A stretch of DNA of 64,000 bases from Utricularia gibba (lineage: Eukaryota; Plantae; Magnoliophyta). The translations under genes and the position numbers were made by a program. Location: positions 2,046,001-2,110,000 of the forward strand of contig CM007990.1 of the NCBI GenBank assembly GCA_002189035.1, in the 5' to 3' direction. Below are positions 1 to 13,400 of this stretch, piece by piece. A model generated the notes under the pieces. That model made no database searches. It had not been told where the DNA came from and saw only the letters and a program-made list of their open reading frames with translations. The number at the start of each line of letters is the position of its first letter. Positions within the stretch are counted from its first letter, which is position 1.

Positions 1-3000
1 GACTCACCTCGAGCTCATGCCCACAAATGCAAATGCAATCCAAACAATAGTTGAAATATCTTTCATACCGACCTATAGCATATTGTGTTGAGTCACCAAT
101 TGATGAACAATTTTCTCATGCATCGGACATCTCATCATATGCTAATTCTTTACAGGTTATTCAACGAGAATTGACAAAGTTGATGATCACTAACCAACAA
201 GTCAGATGCAAGGGCTTTCTGTGAACTTGTCCAAAATAGAATTCTTAGGTATGTTACAAATGGATCTAAGAATGGCTAATAATGTTTATGAGCATTTTAT
301 ATGCAACTCATTGGAATGGATCATTGACTCTAGTATCACCACTCATATTAGTTTCTCAAAGACCAATTTTGATACTATGAAGTAGGTGACTAACTTGAGG
401 GTCCATCTACCGAATGTACACTTTGTACCTATTGACTATGTGGGATCAATCACAATTATTGGAAGGATAAAATTACTAAATGCACTCCATATTTCTGGTT
501 TTAAGTATAACTTGCTATTTGTTAAAAAACTTGCAGATGATATGCGCATCAACATTGTCTTTTCTGATTGTTCATGGTTAATACAGGACAAAGATACAAG
601 TGAGCTTCTTGGCAAAAGGTCATTGACAAACATTGTCTTCCAACTTGCTGTTGGAAGGGTATGTGATGGACTCTATGTGATTGACAAAAGGTCATTTAAA
701 TCAAATGCGATCAAGGTTTTTATCGGATTAGCTCAGAAGTCACATAGGTTGAGGAACCATCTAGTGAACGTGTTGATACCATCGACGAGTTTTTTTGCTA
801 GAACCCTACATGGTGGAGATGAAAATTTGTTGTGGCATTGTCGCTTTGATCACATTTTGAACTTAAAGTCTAGACATATGAATGCTAATTGTGGATTATT
901 TGGAGTTCCATGCAATATATGTAAGTTTGCTAAATTTCAAAGGATCCCATTCCCTTTGAGCATGTCTCAAGCTCCTCATGCATTTTTCTCCTTCATTGTG
1001 ACTTATAGGGACCATATAATCTGGGAATGTTCAATGACTTAAAGGATGTCCTTACTATTGTAGATGATTAAGCTAGGACCACATGGATCTTTTTGCTTAA
1101 AGATAAGTTAGGGATGGACAACTATATACATGCATTTTTGACATATATAGAAAATCACTTCAATCTCACCACTAAATACATTTAGATAGACAAGGGCGGT
1201 GAATTCATAAGCACTACTTTATAGAATTTATGTGCTAAGAAAGGGATACATCATCAGTATTCATGCACCAAGAGACTGCAACAAAACATTTGGGTGGAAT
1301 AGAAATATAGGCACCTTCTGGAGGTCACACAAGCTATCAAATTTCAGTCCAGAGTATCTAAAATTTTTTGAAGAGAGTCCGTTCTCACGGCCACCTACAT
1401 CATAAATAGGATAACATCATCTGTTTTGGACTGTAAGACTACATTCAAGGTACTCATGAACAAACCACCAGAATTAGATCACATGCGTGTTTTTGATAGC
1501 AACTCAAAAATTATCATGATTGCTATTGAGGATAAATGTGTTTTTCTTGGTTACTCTATGAATTACAAAGGCTACAAATTATATTACCTAGAAACTCAAG
1601 ATGTCTTCATTTCGAGAGACATGTATGATTATTACCTACAAAGGCTCTGGATGGCCAGGCGATCTCTAATGATCCCCTCTTAAGGAGTCAGCAAAGCTGA
1701 GTTCCACCAATGTGGATGCATGATTATTACATCTTTCAAATAGACATGTATGATCTAGTGGAACCATTGATGATCTCTGAACCCCAAGCATTTAGAGAAG
1801 CATCCAAGTTTTCATGGTTGCGTGATGCCATGTCTTAAGAAATGCAGGCCTTTGAGAACAATGATACATGGATGGTTGTGGATCTGCCATATGAAAAGCA
1901 TGCCATTGGTTGTAAATGGGTCTATAAAATTAAATGCCTGTTTGATGACTGCAATGATTCAAGTCATGTTTGGTGGCAAAGGGATAAACACAAGTGGAAG
2001 GAGTTAATTATCATGAAAGTTTGCGCTAGTGACTAAGACCACATCCATTTGTATATTACTAGGACTTTCTATTAAATATCTTGGCTACTTCATCTAGTGT
2101 ATGTTAATAACACCTTTCTTCATGGTTTACTTGTCGAAGAAATCTATATGCATCCTCCGAAAGGGAACTTTTTATTAAACTGACTGTCAATAAATATTTT
2201 TACTTAAATATCTATTACTTTTTATAGTTATTAAAATACTTGTATTTGGTTATATTGTTATTAAAATATCTGTATTTTTAATTTTTTTTTTACATAAATT
2301 CATTATTATTAAAATAACTGAATTTTTTTTAAATTGAATTATTTTTACCAATAAATAAATTTTTATTTCAAATAAGAATATATTTAAATTTCATAAATTT
2401 ATACAAATCATACAATCATTGACTAAACCAACTACATGACATGAGATTTGACTCAAAAACGGAAGATTCACAATAAACGCCACCTTATCCTCTATGCCCA
2501 CAAGGCACACCATTGTCATCCATCCCACATCATACTTAATGATTTAATTTTTTTTATATCATTTGATAACTAGATATTTGGAAAAGAAAAATGATCATAT
2601 ATTAAACTCGAACAAGTTTAAAAGAAAAAAAACATTCTGATTTTTTTTACATTAATGTGTTAAGAAAAAATTGAAATAAAATTATATTGAAGATTACGCT
2701 TCATTACATAAATTGATTTATTTTATTCTCCAATCTCACTATTAATTAAACTTAAAAAACGAAATAGTATTATATAAACATAATCATTTAATGGTATTTT
2801 TTTATTTATAATGAAAAATAAGATGAAATTTTATTTAATTGATATAATTAAAAATATGACAGAAATATTTCAAGATAAAATAGGTATTAAAACAATAATT
2901 TCAACAAAAAAACTAAAATAAGGGAGATGTATTTTAATAAAATACAAATAAAATACATATTAGAACAAAACATGTATTTTTAAAATAAAAAATAAAACCA

Positions 3001-3870
3001 CAATCATTTTGAGAAAGAAAAAAAATCACAGAAATTTTGATAAAAAGAAAATCTGACACAAGTAAATCAATAAATTCCTTCTCCACAACGTTATGCTTGC
3101 AAGCCAAGGGAAGTCTACCTTCTCAAAAAATCAGTATATAGGCTAAAGCAAAGATCACGCTAATGGAATGTTGAAAGTAGCAAGTTTCTAGTGGGATTGC
3201 ATTTTACTCAGTGCCCTTTTGATTCATGTGTATTTGTGCATCAACACTAGGGTTCTCTTTTGGTAGTGATGGTCTATGTGGATGATATCTTGACTACAAG
3301 ATCCTTGTTAGATGGCATTACTCAGTTAAAGAGAGATTTACACGGGAAGTTTACAATCAAGGATCTTGGTGATACCAAGTTCTCCTTGGGGATCAAATTA
3401 ACTTGCACTTCTGATGGTAATTTCTTATCCCAGCGGCGTTATATCTTGGATATTCTTAAGTCTATGATACCAATGCTATCCACGCATGTAAGCACACCCA
3501 TGCCTTGCAGCTTTAACTTCTCAGACCAGGCCACCTCTTTGACAATCCGCATCGATGAGTACAGAGCATTGGTTGGGTGGCTGCTGTATCTGAATTTCAC
3601 ATGCCCAGATATCACATTTATTATCCAGCAGGTTTCACAATTTGATCATGGCCGTGGCTCAGAGCATTCGGTGGCAATGAAACATTTGTTGAGCTATCTT
3701 TCCAATAGTATCCATATGGAGGTGACACCTCTCTTGAGGCATATTGTGATGTGGATTGGGGGCTTGCATCATCACATGCTGATGGGTTTCTAATTTTTGT
3801 GTGTTTTTTTGGTAATTGTTAAAATCAAAAAGAAAAGCCTGGCATCTCACTCTTCCACAGAAATCGAAAT
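1..3870 (+). mobile_element. Degenerate Ty1/copia retrotransposon (pre-integrase, integrase, RT, start of RNase H)
   Basis: Fragments in copia order with many stops and frameshifts: LWHCRFDH (GAG-pre-integrase, ORF 386-1042), integrase 1040-1430, IGCKWVYKIK (about 1900), VNNTFLHGLLVEEIYMHPP (2100-2160), VYVDDIL and IKDLG (ORF 3260-3793). Confidence 0.85.
2163..3079. mobile_element. AT-rich insertion splitting the copia RT, probably a non-autonomous MULE-like element
   Basis: The RT frame stops at HPP (about 2160) and resumes near 3091 (YACKPREVYLLKKSVYRLKQ). The flanks CCTCCGAAA (2154-2162) and TCTCCACAA (3080-3088) match at 6/9, consistent with a decayed 9-bp TSD. Terminal similarity is weak (GGGAACT / AATTCCT). 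Confidence 0.45.
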
Positions 3871-4631
3871 CAGTAAAGGTGAGATGAGGATAGATAAAAG
3901 TAAGTAATGAAATCCATTTCTCAGAAATTACTTCCCGTAATTAAGGTCCATTATTTGAATTGTATCTTTTGTTTTTATATTTCAAAAACCTTTTTTTACA
4001 AACTCGTGACAATTTGTAAAATTTTAATATAAAACACTTTTCACAAAACTCAATTCCTTGAGATCGATACTCGTATTACATTTATTTGTGTTTTACGTTT
4101 TAAATTAAAAATGGTTGAGGAAACAACATATAACAGCCCCTCTTCCATGATTGCTTTGTCAATGTAAGTGCCATAGTGTGTTTCATTTTTCATCTGCAAA
4201 ATGTTTGTTTGATGTGCTTTTTCTTTATTGTGTTAAAGGGATGCAATGCATTCATTTTGCTGGATGACATGGCTGGCCACGGAGCCGATTTGGTCCCTAG
4301 TGCTTCCCATGTCATGGCGATTTTGTCCTCATTTTTGAAGTTATACCAATTTAATACTCATAAGTGAATGTGGTTTCACGGGTGTCCCTCAACGTTAAGT
4401 GTCGTCTGACTCCGTTAAATCAAAGACTAAACATGTAATTTCACACATTTATGCTGTGAAAATCATACATTCCATTTTCAGAGGTTCATTTCCTTATTTG
4501 CTTTCATCTATTCCGTGCCTGTGTCAATTGCGATTGGGAATTGATTGTGGGCAGGGTTACAAAATAGGGTGGAAAACTAATATTAAAAATCACAATAAAA
4601 ATTGTTAATTTTATAATTAAATATTCTAATT

Positions 4632-5400
4632 TTATAAACTAAAAATACTAATAAAATATGTATTATCAAGAAGACATTTCATTCTTTTCATCAAAGTTTG
4701 GTTCATTCTTTTTACCAAGTTATTCAATTGCAGTGTTTTTATTATAGTGAACTGATGTTGGATTCCTAGTTCATTGCAATAGTTATCAAAAGACCCAACA
4801 TACTCTCTTTCGTTATCAGTACAAATGCATTTCACCTTCTTACTAGTTTATCATTCCACCATTGTAACAAACTGCTTGAACTTCCCCAAAACTTGATCTT
4901 TTGTCTGTATGATATAGATCCAAGTTTTGTGAAAATGATCATCAATTAAGGTCACAAAAATGATGAGCCCCACAATCAGATTCAAAATCTTTGGCATGCA
5001 TACATACGAATAATTCATTTCCCAAATTTCTTTGGCACTACATGGGCGTTATCTTTTAAATACTGCCATCATTTACTTTCCTACAAAACAATCACTTCAT
5101 GGTGTAGAATGTTGATCAATGAGCCCAACCAGGACCTTCTTTTGCATCAATCTTCCCATGCCTTTGTACCTTTTTCACCCATATAACAAAGGCATATATG
5201 TCACAAATCAAGAGGAACTACTTTCTCAACAAGAACAACTAACAGAAATGCTAGCTTATGTCACATACAACTTATTAAACTTCTTTTCAATGACAACGAC
5301 CAATGAACCTTTCTTGCAAGCCATTTCATAACTCCTTAGTGTAACTGATAATTATGTGTCTAATGGGGCTATGCGAATGCTGCTACTTGTGTACATTTCT
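4632..5400 (-). mobile_element. Second Ty1/copia fragment (integrase region), opposite orientation
   Basis: ORF 4632-4835 (KCICTDNEREY...GIQHQFT...LNNLVKRMNQTLMKRMKCLL) resembles the copia integrase core RTDNGGEY...GIRHEKT...NGLAERMNRTL. Confidence 0.7.
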
Positions 5401-5499
5401 TGCAAACTAGGAACCCATTTTTGTAACAATTCTTGTTGAAGATAAACTATCCTTCTCATGATGAAGTATTTTGATTGATGACAACATTTTTGGCTCTAT

Positions 5500-5760
5500 G
5501 GGCTCTGCACAACAACCCTTATATACAAACAATGAGACTCTGCACACCAATGTGGGTTTTTTATAGTAACATCACCTATGTGGGTTTCACCTATAATTTT
5601 CATCATCGATGAGGCTTTGCATAGCAACTCTCTACAAACAATGAGACTCTGCACACCAACCTCACCCTTGCAAGTTTTATTCGCAATCCTCATCATCGAT
5701 GAGCTATGCACAACAACCCTTATATACAATAGGGCCATAACAACCTCACCCTACAGGTTT
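5500..5760. repeat. Three imperfect 90-110 bp direct repeats
   Basis: ACAATGAGACTCTGCACACCAA at about 5530 and 5639; GCACAACAACCCTTATATACAA at about 5507 and 5708; TCATCATCGATGAG twice. Confidence 0.6.
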
Positions 5761-6904
5761 ATAATGTTTATGTACATCATATTATAAATAATATTATTTT
5801 CCTTCCAACTTATAGTTACCAAGTTCTTGTCTTTTTATGCACTAGTCAACATCAGGATGGTTTTCAAACTCTCATATGATTTAGTTGACTCTAAGGCACT
5901 TGTGCTAACTAGTGGCAATGATTGCTCATAAGTGAGAGCCTATAATATTATACTCCATTCCTTTAATATATATACAAGATATTGGCTATTTTGAGATATT
6001 AGTATCTTAAACTAATTTGAACGAGGATATTGGGTAAACCCATATATTAAATATATAGTGAATGTTAAATAAAGAATATGAAAATTTAGATATCTTTAAT
6101 GCAATTAAATATATCATACGCTAATTTTACTCATATTTGGAGTGAAATACCATACGCTAATTAGACATTTTTGCATTTTGATACGATTGTATGAAACAAA
6201 CGAAAATTAAAAGTGGATATTATTAAATTGAATATGAAAGACGCAATGGATGTTATAGCACCCAATTCCAAAAGAGTTGTACAAAATCGATATTAAAATA
6301 AACAACGTATTTTGTAAAAAATACAATTATGTAAATTAGGGAAATTAATGAAGTGAACGAACAAAACCTGCACAAAAAGCCTTTTGTTCACAAAACCCCA
6401 TTTTCGTGCCTACTCACAATCCCTAGAAATTTATTTCGCTTCTCATCCTTATTTCACAGTCGTCTGATTCTCCGCGGGCGCCAAAAAATTTCTCTACTTG
6501 TTGGTGAGCTATTTGTTATTTTTCCCTGATTTATTAGATGAGAATTATCGGATTTCCCAATTTACAATCAATGCTTGAAATTAGGATTTTTTTTTCCTTG
6601 TTTTTTTTTTCCGGTTCGATCTTCGGAGATTCTGCTGGTGTTTCTGGGTTTTAGTTCAAGAGGCTTCTGATTTACAGTTCGTCTTCAAGGACTCTGTCGT
6701 GGTCTTTTTTTCCCTGCTTTGTGACTCTGTTATGTGCGTTCTTGAACCCCAAATCTTTTGAGGCTTGTAGTGTTTCCTATTCTAGAAGTTTTACTGCCGA
6801 AGCAACACCCAGCACAGTGTAGGGTTCCTCTCTCCATTCCAGCTGGTGAAAGATCTCACTTTGTTGATGATTTTCCATGGTTTCTTACAGCCTAGGTGGG
6901 ACGG

Positions 6905-8849
6905 ATGTCGGGTATCTCAGACTCCATCGCCTTAATCGCCGGCCATGAGGCATTCACACTGGCTCCGGCGCAGTTGCAGAACCAAACCGTGATGCAGGCT
7001 CATTTGGACCAACAAGTCCCTTTGTACGGTGCCTCTTACGGGCATGAAGGACTATCGCTATACCAATCAACACAAGGCGGCGCCTCTGATGTGAAGCGTA
7101 AGAGGGGACGACCTAGAAAATATCGCCCAGATGAAAATATGGATATTGCTACATCATCTGATCCGCAGCAAATTACCGTCGCAGCGTCGCAGGAGCTGCC
7201 TTTTTCGAGGCCAATGGGTGGTCCACCGGCAGATCCGCCCGCGGCGGTTCCTGGATCGGTGTCGCCGGTGGCCAAGAAGCGTCGTGGGAGGCCTCCTGGT
7301 TCCAGGAACAAGAAAAAGCGGACTGAGGCTATGGGTTAGTGGAAAAGGCTACCCTTTATTTATGGAAGGAAAATTGATTGATTGCATTGAAATATTTTTC
7401 TTTATTGTTGCTACTGTTGACAGAGACTAATATCAGAGTTTCGCATTTTTCCCTGTTCTCGTTTGGGTTGATTTTTATGTGCGTTTTCTATTTAAATAAT
7501 TAGTCTTGTGGTGGCATTCGTTTTTGCCTTTTTTAATGCTGGAATCTACCATTTCTGTCTTTCGTTTTTTTTCTTAATTATTTTATAAATATGGTTTGCT
7601 GTTCTGCTTAATCCAGTTTTCGATTCTTTTTATGTTGCGCTTTCTGTTGATTAATTTCATGGTTTTCCTTTACATAACTTAAGTTGAATATTTTGTTATT
7701 TATCATTTTACCGTTGGCACTGAGAACATTCCACAGCATCTGCTTGTTCACATGGTGGTACTTCAAAATTTTGCTTGCAGGTTCAGCTGGAGATGAATTT
7801 GTACCTCATGTGATCAATGTGAAGGCAGGACAGGTTAAAAATAGTGTGCTCTAGGCCTTTCCGTATGTGATTCTTGTCATTATGAAACAAATTGGTCACC
7901 AGAGAACTTGTTTGATGTGACAATGAGCGTTATTTCTTAAATTTCAGGATGTAGCTTCAACTCTCATGGCATTTTCTCAGCATGGTCTAAGGGCGATTTG
8001 CATATTATCCGCCACAGGTGTGGCATCAGGTGTGACACTCCGTGAAGCTGCATCTCCTTGTGGAACTGCAACCTATGAGGTGTCTCTATTGATTTTTTTT
8101 TTTTTTTTTCGGCCAAGCTATTCATATTTAAGCAAAACTCCTTTCTACGCTAAGTATATCCGTCCTTAATGATGGATCTGATTCCTTTATCGTGCCTCTT
8201 GTCTCTGTAGGGGAGTTTTAATATCTTATCGCTATCAGGAGTGTACTTTCCTTCAAATGCCGATGGTCAGATATCCGGAACAGGTGGTTTGAGCATAGCA
8301 TTGGCTGGAGCTGATGGGAGAGTGTTCGGGGGAACTGTTGTCGGTACACTAACAACCGCATCCCCTGTTGAGGTAGCTTTAGTTTCTTGATACACAGACA
8401 GTATGGTGTAGCCTCTCATCTTATTCTCCATCATTGTGTTTTTTTTTTTGAACCAGTTGGACCTGGTTGTTTATGAATATGATCCTCTCTAAAAAAGGAA
8501 AAGGGTTGGGGAAAAAAAACCAACTTATCAAGTGCTGATGAACATTATTGTTCCCTTGATTCTTACACTTGCAATATGATGCTGGAATGTAATATGATGA
8601 CTAATGCAGGTAACAGTGGTCAGCTTCGTTCCCGAAGGAAAGGGTTCAGAAGAGGAAGGCCCGAGTGAGCATCAGCCATCAGCTCCACCAAAAGCGAGCC
8701 TGGGCAGCAGTGCCGGCGGCGGCTCGCCTTCGCAAGGGGCGTTCACAGAATACTCCGGCGGGTCGGCTGCCCCGCGGAATCCAACTGCAGGGACGGCCGC
8801 CAACAACAACCACCACTCCCAAGGCATTCCGGGAATGCCATGGAAATGA
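6905..8849 (+). CDS. AHL: AT-hook motif nuclear-localized protein, clade B (two AT-hooks + PPC/DUF296), 338 aa
   Basis: Exons 6905-7334, 7781-7833, 7948-8079, 8211-8372 and 8610-8849, all GT-AG, total 1017 nt in frame. AT-hooks KRKRGRPRKY and KRRGRPPGS; PPC segments PHVINVKAGQDV, RAICILSATG, GGLSIALAGADGRVFGG. A 5'UTR intron acceptor ends at 6890. Confidence 0.92.
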
Positions 8850-9877
8850 GGCTGCTTCCCGAACAAGGGAGACATCGTGTAACGGGAGGAGTCAAGTTGT
8901 GTTCGGATTTAGAATTTGTTAGAGATCTCTGCTTCTTACTTAGAGATTAATTGACTTTAGGTGTCACCATTTTATTTTCTTCCCAGTGATTTTTTTTTCT
9001 TTTCTTGAAATTTACATTGACCCATGAAATTGCTTGTTGAGTTTCAACCCTATGGGCCATATAAAAAAAGCACTACGGTTTTTATTACTTGTAACCATAA
9101 TCTACAGATCAACGTTGTCTTTGTAAGTTCTCATTTGTGAGGCGTCAGATGAAAATGGTGTGCGAGTGAAATCTAAAACTACAATTAAATATATATAACA
9201 TATGAAAAATCAATTTATTCAACAATCACTTCAAAAAATTAAGTAAATCTTATATATCGACTGATATCTTAAAATTGTTTCTAAGATTTGAATGTATATT
9301 TTTACATATTGCTTTTATAAAACATTACAATCATTATCATTATTTAAATGAATTATTTATAATCGACAAGTAAATTTTCATTATTTATATTTTTTTTGTT
9401 CATTAAAAAATGATTATTTTACATCTTTTTTATTGTCTAAAGAGATGTGAATTCATAAAATATTTGTATAGATAAAATGATTATTTTATTTATAAAATCG
9501 ATGAAAACACATACAATTAGTATTGTCTAAAGAGATTTTTTTTAGTTATTTAAATAGAATATTTTGATTAAACATATGTAAAATAATCATTTTATGAATT
9601 CTTAAAATATAGATAAAATCGATAAAGATATATAAAATTACTATGGAATTTATATATTTTTTCATGAACAAATGAGAATTATCTAAATAGATGTGAATTC
9701 AAAATTTAAACTCAAAACTAGAAAAAAATAGTCTTTTTTTATGAAAATTGCTGGATCCATAAATTTTACTATTTTTATGTGTGCTTTGAAAAGAATTATA
9801 ATACTACTCTGACACTATAATGTAACATCATTCTTTTTATCAATCGCATTCGTATCTCACAAGATGTGTGAGATATT

Positions 9878-10130
9878 CTAGTGCTGATTCTTGATGTTGC
9901 GGTCCCAATTGCAGATTACATTGTTTTTTAAGCTCATCCATCTTACGTGTGGATTTAGTTTAATTTTATATATTACCAATCGCAACTTATCTTCTTCCAT
10001 AGTCTTGTTGTATTCGAAGACATGTTTGTAGTGATCAATCCAACCCATCAGGTTTGTCATACCATTGAACTTGGCTAGAGGTCTGGATATTCCCATTGTA
10101 GTTATGAACTTGCTATGAATTTCCAAAACA
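9878..10130 (-). mobile_element. Ty3/gypsy gag remnant
   Basis: PLAKFNGMTNLMGWIDHYKHVFEY...EEDKLRLV...HVRW resembles the gypsy gag pattern LPKFDG..P.GW...CE.YF. Confidence 0.5.
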
Positions 10131-10652
10131 TTTGTCCATTTGTTACTGTACTTGTTTAACTATTGGTTCTTCCATTTGACGAACACCTGCTACTCGAATA
10201 CCAATTTGTTATATTGAATTGTTGAAGACCAAGTTAGTGAACAATTAACACAATGAAGTGAAGGAAATTCAACTAGATCTTCAAGGAATGGTAAACGCTT
10301 CTTTTGAAGAACACAATAGTTTCTAGGTTTCTAGAAACCTAGACTACATCCTGCAATTTGTCACTTCTTTTCATCCCATTTTCATTTGTAGTTATTGCTT
10401 TCTGCTCCTCTTTCGTCTTCTCCCCATAACTGCACTATTCTTCTATCATTTCTGCCCCAAGTTGCTGTCCCTGATGATGATGTTGGAAACCATTGTGCTG
10501 TCGCTCGAATAAATCATTTGAGGGCCATGACATAGGGGACTCCAATTTCAAGCCATTAGCATGACTCATAAGCAACACTTCTTCCATACAGTAAACATAA
10601 ACAACACAGTAGAAGAGGCTGATAAGAAACTTCAACTTAGAGCAACTCATGA

Positions 10653-12873
10653 CTAGGAACTACTCTGCATCTTAGCTCTCTTCAACAGATAACGCAAAGA
10701 GAAAATTCCCAAAGCAAAAGTTTGCCAAAACCAAGCTCTTGCATTACCAGGATCCACCTTTTTGGCAAGTTGCCATGCAAAAATAGCCTCACCTACATGG
10801 GCTGCGGCAGCAAGAACAAAGGCGAGTCTCACAACCCAAATAGAACGGAAGAAGAAAAGAGTGATTGCTCTAAAAAGAGGGATAGGGCCAATGCTGGGCA
10901 AGAATGCTGCGGAGAATAACATAGGTATCCCAATAAAGACAATAAGCCATGGATATATCGTTGGGCCATCCACCATATTTCGTTTCCTCTCCTTCCAGTA
11001 TGTAATTGTTGCGGCCATACCTTCTCTGGAGCTAACAATAGGCCTATAGCCTAATTCCTCCTTGGCCTTGAGAAAGGAGAAGTAATGGGTTATGCTGACT
11101 TTGTAAACTTCGGCTGGAAGGATAAATGGCTCCGGAACCCACTTGTGGCTTAGCCATGGATATAAAAATGTGTAGATCAAAGAAAAGAAATTAGCTATAA
11201 GAAGAGCTTGCGAGACTGTCAATGTAATCTTTGGAACCTTATACTCAAGACTTGTAAGCAGCGGCTCAAGGAATTCAAAACTGTTGATTGGATAGCCTTC
11301 AAGAAGGAGAAGAAAGGTAGAGCTAGTGAAAAATGATAAAAGAATTAGAACAAATATGGTGGCATCCCACATCTACCAATCAACTTCAGAAACACGCAAT
11401 TTTTTTATCAATAAATTTTCTTAGAATCCATAAAGCAGTATCCATTCACCAAAGTAAATATAAGCATAGAAAGATAGAGCCAGTAAAAAACCATAAAAGA
11501 ATTAGAATGAATATGGTGGCATCACATATATATCAATCAACCTCAGAAACACGCAATTCTTGATCAATAAATTTTCTTAGAATCCATACAACAGTATCCA
11601 TTCACGAAAGTAAATATAAATAAAGAAAGCTAGAGCTAGTAAAAAATGATAAAAAAATTAGAATGAATATGTTGGCATCCCATATCTATCAATCAACTTC
11701 AGAAACATGCAATTTTTGATTGATAAGTTTTTTCTTAGAACAGTATCAATTCACGAAAGTAAATGTAAATAAAGTAGAGACATCTACCATCAGATATGAA
11801 ATAGGCTTGTCCAGCTGCAACAGGTTGTCCTTCTCTACCTGGTATGTCATCCAAGAGACCCATGCTAGCTAGGATCAGGGCCAATATGAGGTTATCAACA
11901 TACAACCAATCAGATTTCACATTCTGTTCACTGATTTTGAATAGAAGAAGGCCCAATTTTGCAAGTTTCAAAATCCTTGGAATGTGCCGCTCTTCTCCTG
12001 GTCCATAAATAGCTGCCGGCCGGATAGCACATGTGTAAAGTCTCCCTTCACCCTTTCTGTTAAGATACAGGATAAAAAGTTAACCAAGAATTTGAGATGT
12101 TCCTGAACGCTTTTGCATGACAAAAAGAGGTTGTAACTGATTACTTTAGGGGGCGTCCATTGTTCTTCAAGACAAATTGCTCAGCAATCGACTTACTCCG
12201 GCTATAGGCATCCACATGATCATCAATGGGAAAGTAAGGCAAGGTTTCATTCCCATTGACAATCTCTTGTCCACCAAAGATCGCATTATACGTGCTCACA
12301 TACACAAGTCTCTTGATCCCAACTTCCAAGCAAGAATCTACCACATGACAAGTTCCATTTATGTTCACAACATCCACATGGCCAAATCGAAGCATTTCTT
12401 TGCCAGACATGCCGTATGAAGCGAGATGGAAAACACAATCTGCCCCATCCAAGGCATTGTGAACATCTTGTTTACAGGAAACGTCACCTAGAATTCAAAA
12501 ACTGCAAAATTTTAATCTAACTGAAGCGTCGTGAAAATTCCAATAGTGATGCGGGGTTTCCTCAAAGCTGTTACACGTTTACTCTGGTGGAATAGGTGGT
12601 ATTCGTCAACATCAAAATAAAAGTCCAATTCAATAGACATAGAAAAAAAAAAGGGAGGATACATTTGGAAACCAAAATCATACCCACGACTATGTGAACT
12701 CCCTGTCGACGGAGATTGTCACACCAAGGTGATTCAGGGCGAAGGTCGAAGGCCCGGACATGGCGCGCACCCCTTCGTACAAGCTCCAAGCAGAGGGCTG
12801 AGCCCACGAAGCCTAGTCCACCAGTGACCACAAACGTCTTGTCTTCTATCCCCTCGTTTTCGCTCAAATACAT
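10653..12873 (-). CDS. Extended short-chain dehydrogenase/reductase SDR42E1-like (3-beta-hydroxysteroid dehydrogenase family, At2g33630-like), 481 aa
   Basis: Exons 12873-12684, 12487-12145, 12056-11788 and 11296-10653, total 1446 nt in frame. MYLSENEG start, TGGLGFVG NAD motif, YSRSK catalytic YxxxK, RPAAIYGPGE, hydrophobic C-terminus. Confidence 0.93.
11310..11770. repeat. Three tandem 156-157 bp repeats filling intron 3 of the SDR gene
   Basis: A(G/A)AATTAGAA..AATAT(G/T)TGGCATC recurs at 11341, 11498 and 11654; the intron spans 11297-11787. Confidence 0.85.
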
Positions 12874-13212
12874 TTTTGGAATCGAAGCCACAGGCTTTTT
12901 GTGGGTGGAAAAGGGGGATTGTGCGTTGAGTTCAGATCGGAGAAGAACAAAAAAAAAAAGGTATCGAAAAGAAGGGAAAATTACGCGTGAATGACCAAAT
13001 GAAATGATCCCAAGAAATTAATGTTCATTTATATTTTTCGAAAATCATATATAACTGATTATGATTATTTTCTATTACCATAAAATTAATCTTCATCATT
13101 AAACCCTAACTTTTCTCTAATTTCACAATCTTTGCGTGATGCATCATGCTTCACCACCATGCTACCCCGACTACTCCACCCATCCGATGTGCCTTAATGT
13201 CCACCCACCCTC

Positions 13213-13400
13213 TAGAGCTTGTTTGGTTAATGTATATGATTTTAAATAGAATTTAGTTTCTTTGAATTTAAATAAATATATTTTGATATTTTAAAAGATA
13301 ATTTTTGCTTGGTTGATTAGATGTAATTTACTTAAATTTAATATAAAAACATGTTTGGCATGTGGTATAAAATTGATTATTTGATAATTTTATATATAAA
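13213..13400 (+). mobile_element. Possible left end of a Tourist/PIF-Harbinger-type element
   Basis: GAGCTTGTTTGGTT followed by further TGTTTGG/TTGGTT motifs, as at the left end of the 48517 element. No partner TIR was found. Confidence 0.3.

Noticed and set aside
7036-8922. Antisense and alternate-frame ORFs over AHL (likewise over CUC3, SDR, FTA and pol)
   Set aside because: Shadow frames of GC-rich coding exons.
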